Shown one piece after another: positions 52,221 through 64,000 of a stretch of 64,000 bases of DNA. Where the stretch lies: the NCBI RefSeq assembly GCF_036321535.1, contig NC_087447.1:46688001-46752000 (forward strand). Direction: 5' to 3'. This stretch comes from Camelus dromedarius. Taxonomy: Eukaryota. Both the position numbers and the translations under genes were made by a program. Below the pieces are notes generated by a model. The model was not told the DNA's origin and searched no databases. It saw only the letters and a list, made by a program, of their open reading frames with translations. Within the stretch, counting starts at the first letter, position 1, and each line of letters opens with the position of its first letter.

Positions 52221-53491
52221 GTGAGTTACATTTCCTTATGCTTTTTAAGGAAGGCAATATGGTAGGTGAGAAAAACCTTTCATTACCAAGAGACCCAAGG
52301 TCAGGGCCCTGCTTTGTGATCTTTTTAGATAAAATCTCAGCACAGTTTTAGATAGCAGAAGATATTTGTATAATTAAAAATTAAAATGATTAATAACTCC
52401 GTTTGTATCATCAGGGAGGGTATGAAATGTATATGATACTTACCTAATGGTTAAACTATAGTTGGAAATTTAACAGACCCAAAGCTAATGCGGCAGCATT
52501 CCTTGAGTGTTCATCCTTTTTATTGCATTAGTCATTTTTCTGTTTTCTCACTTAGATAGTTGTGATTTCTTCATATATAAAACATAGTCTCAATTAAAGC
52601 ACATTTCCTATATCTTAGACCTAATAAGGTAGATGTATGAGCTATGGATAACCCGTACACAAGTATTTGGAAATAAGGAAATCTGGTAATTATGTATGTT
52701 ATATATTTCTACATAATCCCCACCATTAATATTATGTATGTTTATAGTGATACATGCACTACTGATTATCTATATATACTTTTGTGGTAGTTATTAGGCA
52801 GTATACATACAGTTTTGTAAAGATATGTAACATTTTTCTGTTCACTTTTTATAATTATAACAAATTGTGCTACCTTTACTACAGATTAAGTATCTATGGT
52901 CACCTATTATTCTTAGTTTACAAAGTTGATTTTGAAGAAATAAAAAAAAAACAGCATCTCTTGTACCTCACAGTTAGGAATGTTGATCCTAAACCTAGGT
53001 TATCTATGATGATGTGATATTTTAGGGGTTGTTAATATCAATCTTAAAAATTGGATCAAGGCCAGTTTGCCTATATGCTCGTCTTAAGTGAGAGTCAGTT
53101 CCTTATATCTATAAGCTTATTAGCCGCATGACTTTTGATACCTCGCTAAGTATGATTTGAGAAGCACGTGTCCACAAGTAGCTTTTGGCCATTAGATTTC
53201 ATAGTATCCAGATATATTACAGAGGCTATTTCCAAGTCTGATTGTACTGATTCCCTGATTGTTATAATCTAGCTTAAGAAGCCTTGGGATCCTAAATGTA
53301 TGGATCAGATAATGTGTTTGCTCAATAGATGTCAAATAAGTTATTGTTTGATTTTAGGAAACAAAATGTCTTTAAAATCACAGTGGAATGTTTTACATTG
53401 TTTATTTGTCATCATAAAAAGAAACAAGTTTGATTGGCAGAAAATTCTAGTATCTGTCATTTTCTGTCTTGTTTGTTATTTGCCCTTGTAG

Positions 53492-53721
53492 CCTAACTGA
53501 GTCTCCATTCAAGGTTCATTTGGAAAAACTCAGTTTGAGGCAACAGAAGCCAGATGAAGACCTGCAGTTATACCAGACACCTCTGGAGCTTAAATTAAAA
53601 CATAGTACTGTCCATGTGGATGAGCTGTGTCCTCTCATTGTCCCCAATCCGGGAGTTGCTGTCATTCATGACTATGCAGATTGGGTTAAAGAAGCATCAG
53701 GAGACTTTTTGGAAGCACAAA
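53492..53721 (+). CDS. NUP98: NUP98 exon 24 (NUP96 part)
   Basis: cccttgtag| LTESPFKVHLEKLSLRQQKP...ASGDFLEAQ |gtgagt; 230 nt. Confidence 0.96.
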
Positions 53722-54427
53722 GTGAGTATGGACTATGCTTCTAACCTTTGATGTCTCAGGAACAGGAGGAGCATATGTTCTTAGGAGTACACATTTCTTT
53801 CTGCCAGTGTAGTGGGAGGATGCCTGAGCTTGCAGTTATCTGTAGAGTTGGGATGAGGAAAATCCCAAACAGGAAGAAATTATATCATTGTTTATCAGTA
53901 CTCTTATGCCCTTGTTCAAAGGAACTGTAGCAGATCAAATCCCTTAGATTTATGAAATTCCATCTCTCCCCACCCAGAGAACATAGGGAGAGAGAGATTC
54001 TTCCTTCTTGCTTTTCTAAATACCACCTGTTCTTCCATGTCCAACTCAAGTCCCACTTGGTCTTCCCAACAACTTTGGTGGTTATAACTTCCCTCCCTGA
54101 CCTCTCTCACTGGTATCTCTTTACAACTATGATGACCGTGTTTTTCTGAACCAATACTTTGATAAAGGGCTTTTCTAATTTGGGTACTATTTCAAGTAGA
54201 AAAATCACACGTTTCACACAACATTTCACCTGACCTTTATTGAAAAATGGAGATTATTTTTGGAATGTTCCATACCACACGTTTTGGAAATTGTTTATGT
54301 TCATCTCTGTGTTTGCTTCAGTTGTCTCATCTTCTTTTCAAATAGGTAAGTCATATTCCCAGTGCATGCTCCTAAGTAACTTAAGGTAGTAAACAGTGCT
54401 TCCTTTTTGTTTCCCTTCTTGAAGGGC

Positions 54428-54715
54428 AATATAGCGTAGTGGTTAAGAGTATAGGGTTGGACTTCAATTACTTGAGTTTGAATCCAGCCCATCCCTACCA
54501 AGCACTATTTTAACTGTCTCCCCCACCAGACATGCTATATGAGAGCAGAGTCTGTTACATATTGCCTGTAATTTTGAGCAAGTCACTTAATTCTGTATAC
54601 CTCAGTTTCTTCATCTGTAAAATGAAGATCGTAACTACTGTATAGTTACATTGTGTAGATTAGAGGTGGTTTACTCTTAAATGTTTGAGCATTTTTTAGG
54701 CTCACTAAATGTTAA
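54428..54715 (+). mobile_element. MIR fragment(s)
   Basis: atagcgtagtggttaagag, gagcaagtcacttaattctgtatacctcagtttcttcatctgtaaaatg. Confidence 0.75.
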
Positions 54716-55096
54716 GCTGTGCCTATAGCAGAGAATACTCAACTCACAAGTTTTTAGAACACTTTGTATTTCCTAAAGCGTTTTGTGAACAGAATTTGAT
54801 CAAATTAGAGGACTTTCCTCTATCATAAGAGATTATATTAGCCATAATTAGGTTAGCAGAACCTGTTTAAAGGAGCATAGAGTTACATTTGTTACATAAG
54901 TATCATGGAGTGAGCAAGCTGTTATACCACACACCTGGACCTTGTTAAGACACAGTTGAGTGAAGTAGAGACAGATTCAGGGAAATCAACTTGAGTTGTT
55001 GTTTGGGGTGTTTATTAGTTTATGTACTTCTAATGCCACAAAGTGATTCCATCTATGACTTCATATCATTGTGTTGGTTTCCTGTCACTTTCTTAG

Positions 55097-55363
55097 TTGT
55101 GAAGCACTGGAGCCTAACATGGACATTATGTGAAGCTCTGTGGGGCCACTTGAAGGAGCTTGATAGCCAGCTGGATGAGCCTGGTGAATACATTCAGATT
55201 CTGGAACGAAGAAGAGCTTTCTCTCGCTGGCTGTCCCATACTGCTGCACCTCAAATTGAGGAGGAAGTCTCCTTAACCCGAAAAGACAACCCTGTGGAGG
55301 CTGTCTTCAGCTACCTCACCGGGAAGAGGATCAGTGAGGCCTGCTCTCTGGCCCAGCAGTCAG
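55097..55363 (+). CDS. NUP98: NUP98 exon 25 (NUP96 part)
   Basis: tttcttag| VKHWSLTWTLCEALWGHL...ERRRAFSRWL...ACSLAQQS |gtaggg; 267 nt. Confidence 0.96.
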
Positions 55364-56094
55364 GTAGGGCATACAGTCCTTCTCTACACCCCTGCCTACT
55401 TCCTACTCACTGTCCCCACCCCTTAATTGTGGGTTTGCCCTTATGTTCTAACCTGAGTATTAGGTATAAATTTCCCAGGAAGATTGCTGGTTCCTCTAGA
55501 ATATGGAATGTGTCTTCTAGTTTTCCTTTTATAACCTTAAACTTTAAATTTAATTAATTAAAATTATTTCTATTTTATATGCCACACATGCATTTACATA
55601 AAACTAGAAAATGTAGATGAGAAAAAAGCAATAAGCTAAGTCACCTAAATCCTTTAGTGCTAATCACTGCAAACATTTCAATGTGCAATTTGTATTTGCA
55701 GTGTTTACTTTGTAATATATAATGTATATACAAATATGTATACACAGAACAACATACGCATGTGAACTTTTCGAAGATGATATTCTGCTATATATATACT
55801 CTGTTCTATAATGTCCTATAATGTAGATATTATAGTAAATTGTTTCTTAGTATTCTTTTAATATATATAAAATGTACCATGTTAGCAGATTCCTTTTTTT
55901 GACATCTAGGTTGTCCCCTCCAACCTCCCACTTCCCCCACCAACTGTAAACAATATTCTGAACTTCTTAAACATATGTGTTTGGCACTAATTCACTTATT
56001 TCATTCAAATAAATATATAGAAGTTTAATTTTTGGACCTCCTATATATATTTGTATATTTTTAGTTCCCCATCCTTTAATAAGAGGCATTCATC

Positions 56095-58080
56095 AAAGTT
56101 TATAAACCTTTACAGTAACAGTGAAAAAAAGAGGAAAGAAACATTGCCAAAAACAGGAATGACAGAGTGACCATTACTATTACAGAAAAGGGAATACTAT
56201 GAGAAAGTAGATGAAATTGACAAATTCCTAGGAAGATATAAATTACCAAAGCTCAAGAAAAAGTAGAAAATCTTACTGAATAGGAGTAAACCTTTAGAGG
56301 GGAATGAACTCCAGGGCCCAGGAATACCCATGTTTTTTCTTTTATGGTCATTACTACATATCAGAATCAGAAAAGTCAACAACTATGAAATATCTTTTCT
56401 TCATTATTAATAGAGCACCTATGATCAAAATTAAAATTTGAAGTGACTTCTTTGCATAGAATAGAGAGGGAAGTAGTGAAAAGTCATCTAATTCTTAAAG
56501 GTGCCTCTAAAAAATTCACACATTTGGAGCCTTTCTCCAAGACAGAGTCACATGCATGAAATATTATTCTGTGTAAAACTCGATATGAAATGATTACTGT
56601 GTACCATGATTTCTCTGTGTATGTTATGTTGATTTTATCTGAATTTCTTTGGCTGGTTAAAATTCTGAATCTTAATTCTATTTTAGCCAATATTAACATC
56701 TATAAAATTTTGACACCCCCCCCAAAAAAGAAAGAGTAGAAAATCTAAATAGATCTATAAAAAAATGGAATTAGTAATTTAAAATCTTCCCTCAGAAAAG
56801 CTCAGGCCCAGATGTCTTCACTGGTGAACACAAATTTAAAGAAGAAATAATACCAATTTTCTACCTCTCTTCCAGAAAGTAGAGGAGGGAGCTTTTTCCG
56901 CCTCATCCTGTGATGACATTATTGTCCTGATATCAAAGCAGACCTATAAAAAAACTACATCTAACAGGATATTTAATATTGAAATACTGAATGATTTCAC
57001 CCTAAGATTGAGAACACCATTTCTGGACATTATTGTAATAGATGTTGTAGCCAGTGTATTCAGACAAGATTAAGAAGCAATAGTCATATAGATTAAAAAG
57101 GAAGAAATAGAATTGTTTTTATTCACAGAAGGCGTAATTCTGTATGTAGACAATCCTAAGGAATCTACAGAAAAGGTAGTGAGATTAATAAACTAGTTGA
57201 GCAAGGTCTCAGGATTCAAAAATCAGTATTCAGAATTCAATTGTATTTCTATGTATCAGCAACAAATACCCAAAAAGTGAAATTAAAAGAATTAAATTCA
57301 CAGTAGCATCAGAAAAAACAAAATGCTTAAGGAACAAATGTAAAAAAAGTGGCTTATATACTGAAAACCATTGCTGGGGAAGTAAAAATCTAAATAAATA
57401 AGGATACGTCCTATATTTGTGGAATATGTCCCAACCCCAGCACTGTTGGCTTATTTGGCTGGTAATACTTCATTGTAAGAGGTTGTCCTGGGCATTGTAG
57501 GATATTCAGCAGCATCTCTGCCCTATATGCAAAACAGTCCTTTCCCCTCTAGTTGTGACAACCAGAAACATCTCCAGAATTGCCGAGTGTTCCCTGGGGG
57601 ACAAAACCACCCAAGTGGAGAACCATTGATGGATTGGAAATTTCAGTATTGTTAAGATGTCTCTTGTCCTCAAATTAATCTGTACATTCAATGCCGTCTC
57701 TGTCAAAATCACTAGCAGATGTTTTTGCAGAAATTAATAGACTGATCCTCCTTTGGAAATGTAGAAAAACCTAAACAGTTTTGAAACAGAATGAAGTTAG
57801 GAGACTCAGTGCTTTCTAATTTCAAAACTTCCATAAAGCTACAGCATTATGACAATGTGGAACTGGCACAAGGATGAACATACAAATCAATGGAAGAGTA
57901 ATGAGAATCCAAATATAAAACTCTTTCACTTATAGTCAGTTAATTTATAACAAAAGTGCCATGGTTTAAATGTGAAAAGGATAATCTCACCAACAAATAA
58001 TGCTGGAAATTTGGATATTCACATGCAGAAGATAAATTTAGATCCTTACCTCGCACCATACACCAAAATCAACTTGAAGT
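56095..58080 (+). mobile_element. Decayed LINE-1 ORF2 fragments
   Basis: gatgaaattgacaaattcctagga, caggcccagatgtcttcactggtgaa, gtagacaatcctaaggaatctac, gatccttacctcgcaccatacaccaaaatcaac. Confidence 0.88.
57426..57628 (-). mobile_element. MER20-like hAT transposon nested in L1
   Basis: gttgtgacaaccagaaacatctccagaattgcc...ccctgggggacaaaaccacccaagtggagaaccattg matches recalled MER20 consensus; L1 resumes on both sides. Confidence 0.8.
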
Positions 58081-59183
58081 ATTCTAGAATCCTACCATTT
58101 GCTCAGATTTATGTTCTTATTAACAGGAAAGTCTATGTGAAAAATCAAGGATTGGCAAAAGCTGAATGGTTGATCAGAGCAAAGAGAGATGATCTTAATG
58201 AAATGATTGGATCAAGATATGACATGCCAGTTTCTTCTAAAAATTTGTCCAGTAGATACACAGAAATAATCTTTTCTTTTACTATTTTTTGCCTAGAATA
58301 CTAGCAGCTCATGGTCAGATGGGCTGCAACACTTAACACATGAATCATAGTCCAGTCATATTTTGGTTGCCTATATATACAATCAGGGAGACAGCTTGGC
58401 CTGTTAACACATTTCTAGAAGTGTTCCTGATGCATGATTTCTTTCCTCCAGGCCTCTCTAGTTTGTGAAGGAAACTCTGAGATGAGAGCCTTAGTTTCTG
58501 GCAGGACAGTACTTTAGTCATTAAACAGTGACCCAAAAACAAAAGGAAAAGGAGTATTGACTTTTAGGAGGTATGTATTAGGGCTGAAGCAGAGTGTTAT
58601 TCTTTTAATTCACAGTTTAACTGGCAATTATCATCAACTGGAGTTTCCATCCTCTCACATTCTGGTTAATTAGAATCTTTTTATTGCCCCAGGCCTTTGT
58701 ACTTAAATTTTTTTATTAAGAGAGATACTGGACCCATGAGAGTGAAAGATTCAACCATTCTCTTTATCTCATACATACATATGTTTTTCCTTTAGGTTTG
58801 ATTTGCCATTTCTGTGTCATTATATAGTATTTACTAGTTGGGCATGTTTACAATTATGTCATCTCAGTTTTCACTTTGAACCAGATGACATTTCCCTCCA
58901 TTTTACAGATGAAGTGCCTTGTGTAGGGTCACAGAAGTAATAGAGATCTGACACTGAACTCTGCATACTATACAATCTATATGTAATTTAGGTTAAACTA
59001 CATTGAAGATTTTTTTCCCAAGCAGAAAATGGTAAGTTCTTGTCAATATTTTAGCACTACTGTAGAAAGCACTCAGGTGTTCAGTTCTCCCTCTTTCGGG
59101 CTAGAAGAAATAAGATAATGACCCCCAGTGTTTCCCCAAGTCTGTGAATTCTCATCACCAGAGAACTTCCATTTTTCTTGTAG

Positions 59184-59341
59184 GTGATCATCGTCTTGCC
59201 CTTCTTTTATCCCAGTTGGTTGGCAGCCAGTCAGTCCGTGAGCTGCTTACTATGCAGCTGGTGGATTGGCATCAGCTCCAGGCTGACTGCTTCATCCAGG
59301 ATGAGAGACTGCGCATCTTTGCCCTGTTGGCTGGAAAACCG
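59184..59341 (+). CDS. NUP98: NUP98 exon 26 (NUP96 part)
   Basis: ttcttgtag| DHRLALLLSQLVGSQSVRELLTMQL...IFALLAGKP |gtattt; 158 nt. Confidence 0.95.
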
Positions 59342-60144
59342 GTATTTTCCTCTTTTCTTGTAAACGCACATATAAATTTTCTCATAGATTCAGGATTGCT
59401 TGAGGTTAAAGCAAAGAGCTTTCTTTGTAAATTGTACACTATTATACATAACTAAGAAACTTATATTTAATTTTTAGCAGAAATATTTTCAAATTATATA
59501 GGTACAACATGTTCAGTGGGGGGAGAATTGGTTATATAGAAATCAAAATGTTAAAATTTCACTATATCCCATTTCATAGTGATAAACAATATAATTTACC
59601 TGTCTTCCTAGACATATGTCTATTTCAACATATATGCATGCATATTTACCCTTGTATATATTCAAATAAAATGAATTATATATAGCAGTTCTGCAACTTT
59701 TTTTTTAACACACTGTATCTGAACATTTTTTCATGCTGTGCGGCCTCTTTCTTTTTAATAGCTACTTTTAGTCCATTTTATGGATGATGTATCATAATTA
59801 TTTTAAGCCAGTTTTCTGTTGCTGCCTACTGTTTACTTGCCGTCAATTTCCAAAAATGAAATAGCTAATCAGAATTTTGTCACAACTTAACGTTGGCAGC
59901 TCTGGGCAGTGAGAAGACCTCTTTGCTCTCAGTGGTTCTCATCTCTTCTTAGAGAACTGATTGTCTAAGTCCACCCTGTCATCTTCCTCCAAGGGACTAT
60001 GTGTTTTATATCTGGATCATTAACACTGCTTTTTAAATCATTTAAAATGCAACTTGAATGAGTGAACAACATGCAGACCTGGGCAGTAACCAGTACCAGG
60101 TAATGTATAATGTAGAGCTGCAATGGCAATTTTGTTTCCTACAG

Positions 60145-60288
60145 GTATGGCAGCTCTCAGAGCAGAAGCAAATCAATGTATGCTCCCAGTTGGACTGGAA
60201 ACGTTCCCTGGCTGTCCATCTTTGGTATTTGCTTCCACCAACAGCCTCCATTTCCAGGGCACTCAGCATGTATGAAGAAGCATTTCAG
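60145..60288 (+). CDS. NUP98: NUP98 exon 27 (NUP96 part)
   Basis: tcctacag| VWQLSEQKQINVCSQLDWKRSLAVHLWYLLPPTASISRALSMYEEAFQ |gtatat; 144 nt. Confidence 0.96.
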
Positions 60289-61040
60289 GTATATGTGTTT
60301 AGAAGAGCGAAGTAAGAGTCCTGGTAGGAGTTTTCTTTTTGCTAGAGAAGTACTGTGGAGGAAAAAACCATCAAGTCATATTTCCTAATACTCTTTCCTC
60401 AGTGCCTTTTTTTTTTTAAGTACCATAAAGTTGAAATGGACACCCAAAATCTGATGGGAAACTTCTTCAAGTATCTACTTCTAGTTTGTTTAATGTAATG
60501 AGTTTCCATAACTGACTTTCTTATTGCTGTTTTCCTACCCCAGCATCAGAGGGTTTTTCTTCATTCCTAATGCTATCTTATTCCTTTATGAATTCCCTGA
60601 GACCTCAGTATAGCCCCAAACTAGCGTATTTGAAATTTGCCTCTTATTATTATATCTCATATTCCTTGTCCATGTTATAGTTAAAGAATTATTACTGTTT
60701 TTAATGCCATCATTCTGTTCTTTTCTTACTGTTCATTTTTATTGTCTTTGATATCATTTGCCAGAATTACTTCTCAGGAAAAAAAGAACACTAAAAAAAA
60801 ACTGAGTGTAATAAGAATTATGGCAATAGAGGAGGTGGGATTCGTGAGAGCTATCTGAGGTCTTTGCCAGTCCATTGAAGGAAGTTGAAATATGTCTCTG
60901 ATCAAAATAAATTTAAAATCCTTGAGACATTCTTTTAGAGAATGTCCCATCGTTCCTAGTACACATCTGAGTAACTGAGACATGACAGCATCCAGTGAAA
61001 CACACTAGCAGCTGATGTATTGTTTTATCAAATTCTTCAG

Positions 61041-61183
61041 AATACCTCTGAGGGTGACAGATATGCCTGCTCCCCACTTCCCTCATACCTGGAGGGCTCT
61101 GGCTATGTGGTAGAGGAGGAGCAAGACTCACAGAGACCTCTTCAAGACGTCTGTTTTCACCTTCTAAAACTCTACAGTGACAG
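61041..61183 (+). CDS. NUP98: NUP98 exon 28 (NUP96 part)
   Basis: ttcttcag| NTSEGDRYACSPLPSYLEG...DVCFHLLKLYSD |gtaaat; 143 nt. Confidence 0.96.
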
Positions 61184-61356
61184 GTAAATCAGAGCCATGT
61201 GTTAGTCATTTGAGGGCTCCATGAGCCTAGGGAGTCCTTTTCTGAGAGATGTACCTCAAGGTGCCAGAAATAGAGAAATCAAAGCCAGAATGAGATAGTA
61301 ACCCTTGTTCTCATGTGAGGTAAATTGCTATGACTAAAACTCTTAAAGTGTAAGGA

Positions 61357-61555
61357 ACTGCACTACCCAATATAATGGGCCACTATTCACCTAAGACTAT
61401 TGTAATTTAAATTACATTTTTAAAATTTAATTGCTCATTCACACTAGCCATATTTCAAGTGTTTAGTAGCCTCATATGGTAATGCCTATCTTATTGATCA
61501 AGGCAGATTATAGAACATTTCCATCATCATACAAAGTTCAGTTTGATAGCACTGA
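61357..61555. mobile_element. MER3/MER33-like hAT transposon
   Basis: cacactagccatatttcaagtgtttagtagcctcatatgg...tagaacatttccatcatcatacaaagttc. Confidence 0.75.
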
Positions 61556-62304
61556 TCAAGGAAAACTACTCATTGCTTGGAGAGGGGTTAGAAACGTAAA
61601 ATGTCTGGGATCTTAGGTGAAAGGGAAAAGCTTTAGTTAGTAATCCAAGGCCCAGATCTTTAAAACTTGCAGGTGTGGGATCTTAGCTTATACTGTCTTA
61701 TGGTCTGGGACTTGCAAGCTAGGAATGTAACACATAGACTGGTCTGGAATCACTGAAATCCCTGGGCCCCTAGCAGAAGAAAAAGCTAGTCTGTAGGGAG
61801 ACTTTCAACTCTCAGGTACCTGGATTTCTGTACAAAGAATAATACCCACTGTAGACAAAATCGAAGGTGAGAATTACAAGTCATAGAAAGAAATAACCAT
61901 CATGAAGGCCAGTTCGCTGTTGAAACAGAAGTAGTACTCCAGCAACTTCAGGTAGTACAACAATCGGAAAAACACTAAGACCACTGTTTTTTAAATGGTT
62001 AAGAAAAGTAATCGACACTATGAATGAAAGAATGGAAGGGTAAGAGTTTTGAAGACTCCCTTGTACCAGAATGGTACAAATATAGACCAAACAGTTATCA
62101 GCAAACCTGTGAGAAGAGCCACAGGAGAGGAGGTGCCTTGGTTTTCAGTAGGATCTATAATCTGGCTGAATTTCAAGGAGGAAGACTGTAAGGCTTATGA
62201 TGCTTCTGCCTTTATTGTTTTCTAAGCCATAGCCAAAATAGCCAGCGCATCCAGGTGGTCTGTCAGCTGGGTATGGTAACTCTCAGCACATTCTCCTTTT
62301 GCAG

Positions 62305-62526
62305 ACATTATGATCTCAATCAGCTGTTGGAGCCTCGAAGCATAACAGCAGATCCTTTGGACTACCGCCTAAGCTGGCACTTGTGGGAGGTGCTGCGGGC
62401 TCTTAACTACACCCATCTCTCAGAGCAGTGTGAGGGTGTGCTGCAGGCCAGTTATGCTGGCCAGCTGGAAAGTGAGGGGCTCTGGGAGTGGGCTGTGTTT
62501 GTCCTCCTGCACATCAGCAACTCAAG
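62305..62526 (+). CDS. NUP98: NUP98 exon 29 (NUP96 part; symmetric 222-nt exon)
   Basis: ttttgcag| HYDLNQLLEPRSITADPLDYRLSWHLWEVLRAL...VLLHISNS |gtgaga. Confidence 0.96.
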
Positions 62527-63204
62527 GTGAGAAGCCATTGAACGCACTGAGTGCATCTAGTACAACAGAACAATGACAAAGAAATCAGTCTCTTAGGGTT
62601 AAATTCAGCAAGTAAGTATTGAGAATGTGTTTTGGGTCCAGCCTTTTGATAATCCTTAAGACAGCTCACTCTGCAGCCCAGACTTTCTGTATTCATGTGA
62701 ATAAATTAGAAATGAGATTGCTTTTGATTAGTGCCAAATCATGCTATTTATCTTAAGGCCTCTCAGTCTGAGAAATCTCTGTGAACTGCAGAATCTCTGT
62801 GAATCTTTCTAGAGATAAGATTAAAAAAACCTATAAACTTGGAGTGGGAAATAATTAAGTGGAAAGGGAAGGATATGGCCAGGCGGGGAAACCCCATTAA
62901 CTTAGGCACAGATTCCTTGAATGTGGCATGTTTAGAATTATGCAGAATTAGTGCTGGCTAAGTTGCCTCAGTGGATCCGTGGAGTAATTTCATGGGTTGG
63001 GAGGGAGGGCCTCTGCTTTCTTCTGTCTACTGGGTTTCTCCCTTTCTGGCATTCGCTTGCCATCCACCCACCACCCCTCAAGTTTGATAGTATTGTATTT
63101 ACCTATTTGCCAAATACAACCTCACTTGGATATGTAATGTTTTCTTAAATGGAAACTAGAGAAACACGTTTTCTCCATGCTGTGAATGACATAGAGTTTG
63201 TTAG

Positions 63205-63625
63205 TGGTAGCAGCATGGTGTAACAGTAAGAACAAAAATATTTATACAGTACTTTGTTATATAGTGCTTTTATATATTTGTACACTGTTGTAAGTACTTT
63301 AAATATATTAACTCAGTGTTCATAATGAACCTCTGAGATAGACACTCTTACTGTTTATTTTATAGATGAGCACCCCAAGGCATAGAGAGATGAGGTATCT
63401 TTTGCTCAAAGTCACATAGCTAGTAAATGACAGAGTGAGGCTTTCAACTCAAGATACCCAGAGTATGTGCTCTTAATCATTGTGCTGCACCATCTGTCAT
63501 GTTGTAGGGCATGGAAAGAAGTTGAGTTCTGTAGTCCTCAACTGATCTGTAAAATCATAATGTTAATCTCTATTCAAAGGTGATTGTGAAATTAAAGGAG
63601 TAAAAGTATAAAGCATCTAGCACAA
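63205..63625. mobile_element. MIR elements
   Basis: ttttatagatgag..aggcatagagag..gctcaaagtcacatagctagtaa; ctgtaaaatcataatg. Confidence 0.7.
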
Positions 63626-64000
63626 CCTTCTCTCTAAGGACTTTGTCCTTCCTCTTCCCCCTTAACAGGAAGCAAAATGATCCCAGACTTTTCCTTTGAG
63701 TTTATTTAAACACATTCATGGGGAATTTCACATAGTAAAGGGCTGACTGATGGGGTGATTGATGATTGGCTGTGGGGAAGCAGATTCTGTTTCCTGAAAG
63801 AGGTTGGGGGAGATCTGTAACAAAAATGGTTGCTCTTTGGCCCAGACAGAAAAGGACTCTCATTAAGGGATCTTGAGCAGAAATAATGAGTTTAGCCTAA
63901 ATCTAGTGGTAAAGAGAAAATAAATGAGGACGGCTGATGGCTTTAAGGGGAAACAAGGACCTGGAAGAGACCTTACTTTTAAAGACTACTTAGTTTACTT

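Noticed and set aside
60140..60150. Recursive splice site (cag|gtatgg); also exons 8, 18, 20, 26 begin with GT
   Set aside because: Short introns, weak reconstituted donors, and GT explained by Val/Gly/Ser codons
61740..62100. Possible processed pseudogene or hidden exon
   Set aside because: No coherent ORF or splice pair; more likely an ancient L1/HAL1 remnant that I cannot assign

Overview
AT-rich mammalian genomic DNA occupied end to end by one + strand gene, NUP98 (NUP98-NUP96 precursor). I could place 28 consecutive coding exons (exon 2 with the ATG at 84 through exon 29, human-style numbering), all with GT-AG boundaries and phase-consistent joins (4,673 nt of CDS with the short form of exon 10). 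They encode the FG/GLFG repeats, the GLEBS RAE1-binding segment, the autoproteolytic domain with the HF|S cleavage site (43902-43910) and about two-thirds of NUP96; the promoter/exon 1 and the last exons are outside the window. The introns are filled with old L1, L2, MIR and hAT (MER-type) fragments, plus young tRNA-derived SINEs and young L1 3' ends that look camelid-like (Vic-1-type SINE; inference from recall, not a database search). I found no new multi-gene system. The most interesting observations are at the RNA-processing level: a young L1 insertion that supplies the branch point and polypyrimidine tract of exon 14, a third and stronger exon-10 donor that would create an NMD target, a candidate 33-nt poison microexon, the intronic stop/polyA switch in intron 20, inverted SINE pairs, and several perfect palindromes.
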